NCBI GenBank assembly: GCA_965243135.1
Contig: OZ251539.1
Location: 5,472,001-5,536,000, forward strand
Length of the DNA: 64,000 nucleotides
Origin: Alphaproteobacteria bacterium
Lineage (GTDB): Bacteria > Pseudomonadota > Alphaproteobacteria > MPNO01 > UBA830
Direction: 5' to 3'
Made by a program: the position numbers and the translations under genes. This document shows positions 19,568-28,700 of the stretch, one piece after another (positions within the stretch are counted from its first letter, which is position 1; each line of letters opens with the position of its first letter). The notes beneath the pieces are model-generated. The model was not told where the DNA came from. It did no database searches and was given only the letters and a program-made list of their open reading frames with translations.

Positions 19568-22278
19568 CGGACGGGTTGGCGTTGCTCAGGACGATGGTCG
19601 GGGCGGTCCTGGCGGACGAGCCGTTGCCGACGCCGGAGAAAATCCGCGAGCTCATCGCCCGGACCCGTGCCGCCTGTCCCGGGGTGACGGACGAGGAAGC
19701 GGAGCATCTGGCGCGGGAGTTCGAAGCCGTTCACGGCGTCACCATGAAGTTGGGCGTCGTCCTTGAGGAGAAAGCGGGCTTCGAGCCGTGGCTGCCGGCC
19801 GCAAAGGCCGGAATCGACAGCTATTTCTGGGATCGATACAGGAAACTGCTCGGAAAGGAAGGATTCTCGGGGCAGGTCCTGGCGCCCATGGACGAGGTCA
19901 CGGACCGCATTCTCGGCCTCCTCGAGAATCCGGACAGGGAAGGCAGATGGGACCGCCGCGGCCTGGTGGTGGGGCCCGTTCAGTCCGGAAAGACCGCCAA
20001 CTACACCGGCCTGCTCTGCAAGGCAGCAGACGCCGGCTACAAGGTGATCGTCGTGATCGCGGGCATACACAACAACCTGCGCAATCAGACGCAGGTGCGC
20101 ATCGACGAGGGGTTCGTCGGCGTCGACAGCGCGAGGATACTCGGAAAGAGGCGGGGCGGCGCGCGCATGGTCGGCGTCGGGCGCATCGATTCCCGGCGCA
20201 AGCCGAGCACCTTCACCAATTCCCTGCGCGATTTCACCAAGGCGATCGCGACCGGCGTCGGCATTCCTCTCGTTAATCTCAAGGAACCGGCAATCTTCGT
20301 GATCAAGAAGAACTCGAACACGCTCGATAACCTGCTCGACTGGCTTCGGGAACACAACGCGCAACGGGACACGTCGTCGATCAATTCGCCGATGCTTCTG
20401 ATCGACGACGAAGCGGACAACGCCTCGATCAACATCAAGAGGGGTTCCGACGAGGTCTCCAGAATAAACGGTCAGATACGAGAGCTCCTCAAGATGTTCG
20501 ACCGAAGCTGCTATGTCGGATACACGGCGACCCCGTTCGCCAACATCTTCATAGATCCCGAAAGCGACGACGCGATGTTCGGGGAAGACCTGTTCCCTCG
20601 CGACTTCATAGTGAGCCTCGACCCGCCCGACAACTACTTCGGTCCGACGGAAGTGTTCGTCGACGACTCGGACCGCGTCGTCCGTCACATCGACGACAAC
20701 GCCGACCTGCTCTCCCTCGCGCACAAGATCGATCATTCGGTAACCGGTCTCCCGGAGAGCCTCGAAACCGCAGTCCGCACCTTCATCGTCGCGAGAGCGA
20801 TCCGGCTGGCGCGCGGGCAGACCAAGCAACACAATTCGATGCTCGTGAACGCGTCCCGTTTCGTGAACGTCCAGCGCCAGCTGCGCAACGAAATCCACGA
20901 GATCGTCGAGCGGATCAGAAGCAGCGTGCGGGTCAACGGCGCGAAACCCGAAGCCGCGGCGTTGCGGGATCCGGAGATCGCGGCGCTTCGCAAGGTCTTC
21001 GACGACGAATACGCCGGGATCTGCGGATGGCGGGACATTCAGGGTCTCCTGCTGGATAGCGTGAGCGCCGTGAAGGTCGTCGAGGTGAACAGCCGGGCCT
21101 CGGGAGCCCTCGACTACGCGGACCACGAGGCGACCGGCCTCAACGTGATTGCGGTCGGGGGTTTTTCCCTTTCCCGGGGGCTCACCCTCCAGGGGCTGAC
21201 CGTCAGCTATTTCCTTCGCAACTCCATGATGTACGACACGCTCATGCAGATGGGCCGATGGTTTGGATATCGGCCCGGATACCAGGACCTGTGCCGCGTC
21301 TGGATGCCGGAGGAGGCGGAAGGCTGGTATGCCCATATCGCCGATTCCATCGAGGAACTGCGGGAGGAACTGCGCAGGATGGAAAGCGTCAAGGCCACTC
21401 CCAGCGAATTTGGTCTCAAGGTGCGCAGCCACCCGGACACGCTCGTCGTAACGGCCCGCAACAAGATGGGGTCGGCCCGGACTCACAAGGTCTCAGTGGA
21501 ACTTGCCAACCGGTTCATCGAAACGGCGGTGTTGCTGCGCGACAGCGAAAGTCTGGAAAGAAATCGCCGCGCGGCCGTCGCTCTCGCGAAAAAACTGCGC
21601 AGTATTGGAAAGACGCCCGAAGGCGGACAGGAGATGAATGGCGGGCGGCTCGTTCGTGCCGTGCCGGCGTCGGTTGTAGTCGACTTCCTCGCGGCGTTCC
21701 GGAACCATCCAGGCGCTCTGATCACGGAAACGGGTCCGGTCCGGAAATACATCCAGAAGCGCAGTGCCGACGAGCTCGCGGAGTGGGATGTCCATTTCGC
21801 CGGCCTTGAACGAGGTTCCCGAGGGTCTCTCGTGGATTCGAGCCTCGGTTTCGATCTGGTCTGCCAGCGTCGAAGTCCGGGGCGGCGCAGCGACGAAGGG
21901 ACGCTGCTGATCACCAACAGGCAGCGGGTGGCTTCCCGGGGGCTGGAGCGGGTCGGGCTGAGCGAGGAACAAATTCGGCTGGCAGAGCAGGAGTATGCGA
22001 AAGGCATTGACCGTTCGCCGGGAGAACCGATCAATTATCCTGATCGAATTTACAGGCAAGCGCGTAAATACCCGCTCCTCGTGGTTCACCTGCTCGCGAT
22101 CGGTGCAGACGAGGACGACGAAACGGATCTGAGCGCGACCGAGCCGACCGTGGCCTGGAGCATCAGTTTCCCGAGGACGGAGCGGGAAGAGACGAAGGTG
22201 GTGTACGACGTCAATACCGTCTGGTTCAAGGAACGCTATCGCGACGAGGACGAGGACGAGGCTGCCGGCGATGACTGA
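19564..22278 (+). CDS. mzaC: Z1-domain SF2 helicase/endonuclease
   Basis: GPVQSGKT, LIDDEADNAS, GYTATPFAN, LSRGLTL, DTLMQMGRWFGYR. Confidence 0.9.
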   Translation: MTDGLALLRTMVGAVLADEPLPTPEKIRELIARTRAACPGVTDEEAEHLAREFEAVHGVTMKLGVVLEEKAGFEPWLPAAKAGIDSYFWDRYRKLLGKEGFSGQVLAPMDEVTDRILGLLENPDREGRWDRRGLVVGPVQSGKTANYTGLLCKAADAGYKVIVVIAGIHNNLRNQTQVRIDEGFVGVDSARILGKRRGGARMVGVGRIDSRRKPSTFTNSLRDFTKAIATGVGIPLVNLKEPAIFVIKKNSNTLDNLLDWLREHNAQRDTSSINSPMLLIDDEADNASINIKRGSDEVSRINGQIRELLKMFDRSCYVGYTATPFANIFIDPESDDAMFGEDLFPRDFIVSLDPPDNYFGPTEVFVDDSDRVVRHIDDNADLLSLAHKIDHSVTGLPESLETAVRTFIVARAIRLARGQTKQHNSMLVNASRFVNVQRQLRNEIHEIVERIRSSVRVNGAKPEAAALRDPEIAALRKVFDDEYAGICGWRDIQGLLLDSVSAVKVVEVNSRASGALDYADHEATGLNVIAVGGFSLSRGLTLQGLTVSYFLRNSMMYDTLMQMGRWFGYRPGYQDLCRVWMPEEAEGWYAHIADSIEELREELRRMESVKATPSEFGLKVRSHPDTLVVTARNKMGSARTHKVSVELANRFIETAVLLRDSESLERNRRAAVALAKKLRSIGKTPEGGQEMNGGRLVRAVPASVVVDFLAAFRNHPGALITETGPVRKYIQKRSADELAEWDVHFAGLERGSRGSLVDSSLGFDLVCQRRSPGRRSDEGTLLITNRQRVASRGLERVGLSEEQIRLAEQEYAKGIDRSPGEPINYPDRIYRQARKYPLLVVHLLAIGADEDDETDLSATEPTVAWSISFPRTEREETKVVYDVNTVWFKERYRDEDEDEAAGDD

Positions 22279-23275
22279 TGGCGACCCCTGGAAGGAGATC
22301 GCGCCCCCCGACCGGGCGCCCAGCGTCAGCGCGCGGCGGGTGGATCCGGCGCTGCCCTGGGGCGTGTTCTGGGCCGTGGATTCCGACAGGAACTGTCTGC
22401 TGGTCCTGCAGCACCGCAAGGAGATCGAGGCTCCGCATCGGTTGCCGAGGCTGCGGGGGCTGCGGGTCGATGCCCATGCTCCGGCCGACGGACCGCACGA
22501 CTCGCTCGTCATTCGGCTTGTGGACAGGGAACAACGAGAAATCTTCCATCGCCTCTGTCTCGACATCGTGGCGGCGACCGGTCTGGCGAAGACAGAGCAA
22601 CAGGCGATGCAGCGCTTTCTCGCGCGGACCTGGCGGTGGCACAGGTTGCTCACGGGCGCTCGCGACGGACGGTTGAGCGACGAGGAGCAGAAGGGCCTTC
22701 TGGGCGAACTCGGCGTGCTTGAAAAGCGCCTCGTTCCCGCTCTCGGCGCTGCGGAAGCGGTGAGGTGCTGGACGGGTCCGCTGGACTCGCCGAAGGACTT
22801 CGAGATCGGCGGGACATGCGTCGAGGCGAAGACGCGTCGCGGGGCCGCAGCGCCCCATGTGGCCGTCTCCTCGGAGCATCAGCTGGATTCGAGCGGCGTG
22901 GACGCCCTGTTCCTGCACGTGGCGGAGGTGAGCGCCGGCGGACCGGACGCCGCGGGCGCGGTCACGGTCGCGGAGGCCGCGCGCGACCTCCGCGAGATGT
23001 TCGCCGAATGCGACATGGCCGCCGTCGACCTGCTTGAGGAACGGTTGACGGCGGCCGGATTCGAGTGGACGGACGACTATTCGGACAAACGCTGGATCCT
23101 CGGACGCGAACACCTGTTCGAGGTTCGCGAAGGATTTCCGCGAGTCGTGCCGTCCATGTTGCCGTGCGGAGTCTCGAACCTGCGGTACTCGATTTCCCTG
23201 CGGGACTGCGAGCCGTTCCGGGTCGAAGCGGCGGCTCTCGTCGAAGCGATATCGGGAGAGGACGATGACGGTTGA
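22271..23275 (+). CDS. mzaD: PD-(D/E)XK motif protein (DUF4420-like)
   Basis: GLLGEL, WTGP..PKDF, VEAKT, SSEHQL. Confidence 0.85.
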   Translation: MTDGDPWKEIAPPDRAPSVSARRVDPALPWGVFWAVDSDRNCLLVLQHRKEIEAPHRLPRLRGLRVDAHAPADGPHDSLVIRLVDREQREIFHRLCLDIVAATGLAKTEQQAMQRFLARTWRWHRLLTGARDGRLSDEEQKGLLGELGVLEKRLVPALGAAEAVRCWTGPLDSPKDFEIGGTCVEAKTRRGAAAPHVAVSSEHQLDSSGVDALFLHVAEVSAGGPDAAGAVTVAEAARDLREMFAECDMAAVDLLEERLTAAGFEWTDDYSDKRWILGREHLFEVREGFPRVVPSMLPCGVSNLRYSISLRDCEPFRVEAAALVEAISGEDDDG

Positions 23276-25331
23276 CGAGTTCGCGCAGGACTTCTTCCAG
23301 GAGGTCGTCGGCCAGTCCGACGCGGAAGGAAAGTTCGCGGAGGACGTCTTCTTCGAGAGGTTCTGCGAACATCTGACGGACGCCGGCGAGATCGAGACCG
23401 CGGACCGGGCCGCCTTCGCCGCGCCGAGAGGGGGGATCAGGGTCGACGGTTACGGCGGCGACCCGACAGACAGCGATTCGGGTACGTTCAGCCTCATCGT
23501 TTCGGATTTCCATCAGGCCCGGGAGACCGGGCGCCTGGTGGAAACCGAGATGAACGCGATCTTTCGCCGCCTGCTGAATTTCCTGCGGAAGGCCCTCGAT
23601 CCGGATTGGCGCAACGCGCTTGAGGAGACGAGCCCGGCTTTCGGACTCGCCGACCTGATCGCCCAGCGCTGGAACAAGATCGACAAGGTGCGCTTTTTCC
23701 TGATCAGCAACCGCGAGTTGAGCGACCGGGTCGACAGGCGCGACGCGGAGGAACTGGACGAAAGGACCGTCACCTACAGCGTCTGGGACATCCGCCGTCT
23801 CCACAGGTTCGCGACGATGGGGCACGGCCGGGAGGACATCGACATAGATCTGGAGCGGGATTTCGGCGGCGCGCTGGCCGTCCTTCCGGCGCAGCAGGCC
23901 GAAGCCGGTCATGAATCGTATCTTGCGGTCGTTCCCGGGCCGGTTCTGGCGAACATCTACGACCGCTGGGGCACGCGCCTTCTGGAACAGAACGTCAGGG
24001 TCTTCCTGCAGGCCCGCGGCAAGGTGAACAAGGGGATCAGGAAGACCCTCGAAACCGAACCGGCGATGTTCTTCGCCTACAACAACGGCATCACCGCGAC
24101 CGCGGAAGAAATAGCGGTGGACGAGGCGGAAGGGCGCCTGCTCCTTCGGCGCCTGAAGAATTTCCAGATCGTGAACGGAGGGCAGACCACCGCGTCCATT
24201 CACGTCGCCCATCGCGGCAAGGTCGATCTGTCCCGACTCTTCGTCCAGATGAAGCTCTCCGTCGTGGACTCCGGGCAGGCCGAGGCGATCGTTCCGAAGA
24301 TATCGGAGTACGCCAACAGCCAGAATCGCGTGAACGCAGCGGACTTCTTCGCCAATCATCCGTTCCACATCCGGCTGGAGGAATTTTCCCGCCGAATCTA
24401 TGCCCCGCCGCCCGACGGCACCTTTCGCCAGTCCAAGTGGTTCTACGAGCGGGCTCGGGGGCAATATGCGGATGCGCGCGCCCTTCTGACGGCTGCCGGG
24501 CGCAAGAAGTTCGACCTCGAGAATCCGCGCTCGCAACTGTTTTCGAAAACGGATCTCGCCAAGTTCCTGAACGTCTGGGACCGTTATCCCCACAGGGTCA
24601 GCCTCGGAGCGCAGAAGAACTTCGCGCTCTTCGCCAAGGATATCGGCGGGGCCTGGCAAAAGTATCCCGACAGGTTCAACGAAGGGTGGTACCGCGAGGC
24701 CGTGGCCAAGGCGATCGTCTTCAGGGCGTGCGAGAAGATCGTTTCGGGCCAGCCATGGTATCGGGGCGGATACCGGGCCAACATCGTCGCTTATGCCATC
24801 GCGAAAATGGCCCATGACGTGGGCGAGATGAAGTGCGCGGTCGATTTCCAGTCCGTCTGGGACCGTCAGGCTCCAGGCGACGCCATGGAGTCCGGACTGG
24901 TCCGCGTCGCGGAAGCGGTCCATCAAGTGCTGGTCGATCCGCCCCCGGCAATCAGCAACGTGACCGAATGGGCGAAGAAACAGGCGTGCTGGGATCGCGC
25001 ATCCAGGCTTGAAATCGAGTGGCCCGAGGAATTCCTCGCCGATCTGATTTCCATCGACGAGAAAAAAGCAGCAGCCGCCGACGCCCGGCGGGAACACAGA
25101 CAACTTGAAGGCATCGAAGCGCAGATTTCCGTTACCGAGGCCGGAGGCGAATTCTGGGCAGGCGCTCTCGCATGGGGACGGAAACGGAAGCTGCTGACGC
25201 ACGCGGAAGCAGGGATACTGGAGCTTGCGGCGCAGACCCCGCGAAAGGTTCCGTCCGAAGCGCAGTCCGAGAGGGCCGTGAAGACCCTCCGGAAACTGCA
25301 GGATGAAGGATACGACAAAGAGCTCGCATAG
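23265..25331 (+). CDS. mzaE: AIPR family protein
   Basis: LLEQNVRVFLQ, FFAYNNGIT, QIVNGGQTTAS, ANSQN. Confidence 0.92.
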   Translation: MTVDEFAQDFFQEVVGQSDAEGKFAEDVFFERFCEHLTDAGEIETADRAAFAAPRGGIRVDGYGGDPTDSDSGTFSLIVSDFHQARETGRLVETEMNAIFRRLLNFLRKALDPDWRNALEETSPAFGLADLIAQRWNKIDKVRFFLISNRELSDRVDRRDAEELDERTVTYSVWDIRRLHRFATMGHGREDIDIDLERDFGGALAVLPAQQAEAGHESYLAVVPGPVLANIYDRWGTRLLEQNVRVFLQARGKVNKGIRKTLETEPAMFFAYNNGITATAEEIAVDEAEGRLLLRRLKNFQIVNGGQTTASIHVAHRGKVDLSRLFVQMKLSVVDSGQAEAIVPKISEYANSQNRVNAADFFANHPFHIRLEEFSRRIYAPPPDGTFRQSKWFYERARGQYADARALLTAAGRKKFDLENPRSQLFSKTDLAKFLNVWDRYPHRVSLGAQKNFALFAKDIGGAWQKYPDRFNEGWYREAVAKAIVFRACEKIVSGQPWYRGGYRANIVAYAIAKMAHDVGEMKCAVDFQSVWDRQAPGDAMESGLVRVAEAVHQVLVDPPPAISNVTEWAKKQACWDRASRLEIEWPEEFLADLISIDEKKAAAADARREHRQLEGIEAQISVTEAGGEFWAGALAWGRKRKLLTHAEAGILELAAQTPRKVPSEAQSERAVKTLRKLQDEGYDKELA

Positions 25332-25374
25332 CGGACCGCCCATGGAACTGGAGAGGCCGTCCTTTGGGCCCGTG

Positions 25375-25680
25375 CGGCGTCCGACCGGATCGATACCGGG
25401 CGTCGTCTCGCGCGCAAAGGCGGAGAACTTGTCGGTACGCGGGAATCCTTTTCCGAACCGGGAAATCATGCTTTCCAGCATCTCCGGCTGATGCGGTTCC
25501 AGAGGTCGAATTCCGAGGTCGTTGTGGTATTATGAGGTGGACTGGCTGAGGCGGATCTCTTGATAAATGCGTGGTCGGCATTGTCGGGATTATTGCCAAA
25601 GTGCGGCGAACCCTTGACCGGGATGCTCCAGTCTGCTGAACGTAGGGAATTCGCCAAACCTTTGTGAGTTCTGGATAAGC
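25375..25680 (-). pseudogene. decayed duplicate fragment of the EcoRII-like gene (copy of ~32165-32490)
   Basis: Near-identical core ggatcgataccgggc...gaaccgggaaatcatgctttccagcatctccggctg. The match becomes patchy beyond ~25520. Confidence 0.85.
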
Positions 25681-25733
25681 TGGGCCGTGTTCTACCGCAA
25701 CTGACACTACATGGCGCGGAGCGAGGAATTTCG

Positions 25734-28700
25734 GTGATTGCAACCAACCCGGCATCCAGTGGGCCGGCCGGCTCTCTTTTCGAGGGACAGGTTGGCGCAC
25801 ATTACCTGTTGCGCCTGCTGAAGGGTGCCGAATCACGCGGGCTTCCTGGGGCACGCATTTCCCGTGTTGAATTTCAGAGGGCTGCGGAGGGCCATCCGCT
25901 CGACGATATCGTTGTCCACGCTCATGACCGCGACGGGAAATCGGCGACGTTGGAAATTCAGGTCAAGCGCACCCTGACCTTCGCGCAGTCCGATCAAGGA
26001 TATCGCAAGGTTGTTGCGCAAATCGCTGAGGCAGCTCGCGCCGATCATTTCATTGAATCCGGTCACGAATTCGCCATTGCGGTGGGACGCGGTACTCAAG
26101 CCATCGATGGTCCCTACCAAGACATTCTTTGGTGGGCACGAGAAATGGAATCTGCAGAAGCGTTCATCGCCCGAATCGATCGGCAAGGCTCTGCTAACCG
26201 TAAAATACGCGAATTCTTGCAGAATTTCCGCTCGAATCTGGAGACGGCGGGTATGGATAGCGATGACGGGACTGTATGGCGACTGTTGTCGCGGTTGCAG
26301 ATTCTGCGCTTCGACTTCACGGCACAGGGGTCATCATCTGAAGCATGGGAACGTGAGAGCGCTGTTCAAGCGCTCAATCCGGACAATAGCGAGCTAGCGG
26401 GTGCGCTTCGGGATTGCCTGATCAAATTCGCTGTCGAAACCGCGGCCAAGGGCGGACAAACGAACCAGGATAAATTGCGGAAATATGTCAAGCAACAAGG
26501 ATTCCGACTCGCTGGCGAGAGGCGTTATGCCAGTGCGTTTAGCGCCTTGACAGAAGCTTCTCGACACGCTCTTGCCGATATCGAGGATCGTACAGGAGAT
26601 ATCAGACTGATGCGTAGCGAGCTGGTGCGCCATGTCCGGGAAGCACTTGACCACGGCGGCTACGTCGAAATCCGAGGAGATGCGGGAGTCGGAAAATCGG
26701 GATTGCTGAAACATGTTGCCCAGCAGGTTATGACAGAGTCGGCGGTCATGGTGCTGAGCTCGGACCGAGCCGCTACCGGTGGATGGGGAGCATGGCGGGC
26801 GCAACTTAATTTTGACGGAACGGCGCGGGAACTGTTGATAGAGTTGGCGTTATCCGGGGGAGCGTTCCTGTTTATCGACGGTCTGGATTTCTTTTCCCAT
26901 GACAAGCAAAGTTTGGTCATCGATCTTGTTCGCGAGGCGGCCGAAATTCCCGGTTGCAAGGTCATCGCAACGGCAAGGCGGGAGTTCGGCAGAGGGAATG
27001 GCGACGATAACTGGTTGCCGGAAGAAGCGCTCAAAAAGCTTGGCCGCGTTCCTCCTGTGTGGGTCGAGGAACTGAGTGAGGCCGAGATCAACGATCTACG
27101 GGAATCGCTGCCAGGGATCGCTCCGCTCTTGGCCGACACGCATCCTGCGCGCGATGTTGCGCGAAATCTGTTCCGCTTGGCTCGGCTCGTAAAACAGCCG
27201 GAGAGTACGCAATTTTGGCGGACTGAGATCGACATGGCCGTGGATTGGTGGCAGACGGCTGACGGGGATCACGAAGGTCGCCGCGACCGGCGAAGGTTGT
27301 TGAGCACTCTGGCCGAACAGGCGCTATCGACGGTGCCACTAAATGCCGGAGGTCATCCCGCGGGTTCGATCGATTCCTTGGTGGCGAGCCAGACGCTTCG
27401 AGATCATGGTGGAGACGATGTGGTCTTTCGGCACGATATTTTTCGCGATTGGGCGATCGCCAATTTTCTGCATTCCGGGAACGGGATGACGATAAAGCTT
27501 CCTTTGGATCGCCCGGCGCCGACGGGCTTGGCTCGCGGCGTCGAGCTGGCCGCACGCCTTGCTGTCGAACGTCCCGACGACGGAGTGCCTTGGCGAGCGT
27601 TGCTCGCGGAAGTCAGCAAGGAAGGAGCGCATGCTTCGTGGCGGCGCTGCGTCCTGTTGGCGCTTGTGCGTTCGGAGATTGGCCCCGAATTGTTGAGTCG
27701 AGTTTCGACGGACCTCCTCGACGACGAGGCACGGTTGGCGAAAGAGCTGATCCGAACGGTAATGGCAGTCGATACCAAGCCTTTGTCGGAACTTCTCGTG
27801 GACTCCGATATAAGTGCTAGCGCGGAGGCGGAGAGCATGCCTGTGCCGTACGGCTATTCGTGGTCGCGACTTATTCATTGGCTGCTTTCCCTCGGCGAAA
27901 CTATTCCGGCAGGCATGCTGGCCGACGTGACGGACCTCTTTACGACTTGGTCTATCGGAACTTTCGGAGGCCCTATTTCTAAAGATTTGGCGAAATGGTT
28001 TTATCGCCGATTGATCCAAGATGGCGAAACCCCCAATCATATTTCCGATATCTGCACGGGTTTCCTGAGCGTTTGTCACGGAGAACCGTCCCTTGCCAAG
28101 CAGTACTTGCAATCGCTGATGGGTCTCTCCATCCATCACAATGCCGTTAGCAGCGTAATGGAGCACAGTCTTTCCATTGCAAAGGCCGCGCCGAAGGAAC
28201 TGGCAGAGCTTACCATTTCCGTGCTTTGTCCATGCGAAAGCGAATCCGATGACCAACCGCCATTGCAATTTGCGGATCATGTGTTTTTTCCGCCGGCGCC
28301 AGACCGTGGTCCGTTCCTAGATATTCTCACACACGATTCGGCTATTGGATTGAATCTGATCCGCCGCCTCATTGACCGGGCGGTTGAACTTCTTAGCGGC
28401 GGCGAGCCGCGTCACGCGATTACCGTCTTTTGCACCGACGGAGAGCGCCGTTTCACAGAGTTGCAGAGTTATGCATGGTCTCGCGAGCGGGGAGGCGCGA
28501 GTTTCTGTCTTCAATCCGCGCTCATGGCCTTGGAACTTTGGGCGCATCGGCGAATCGAGGCAGAAGAGCCTGTTGAAAATGTTCTCCTCGATGTGCTTCC
28601 ATCGTCGGGAGGCTCTTCTGCGTATCTCTTGGTAGCGGTCGATTTGCTCATCTTGCATTGGCCTAAGTCGCGCGAGGCGGTGGTTCCTTTCTTAGGTTGT

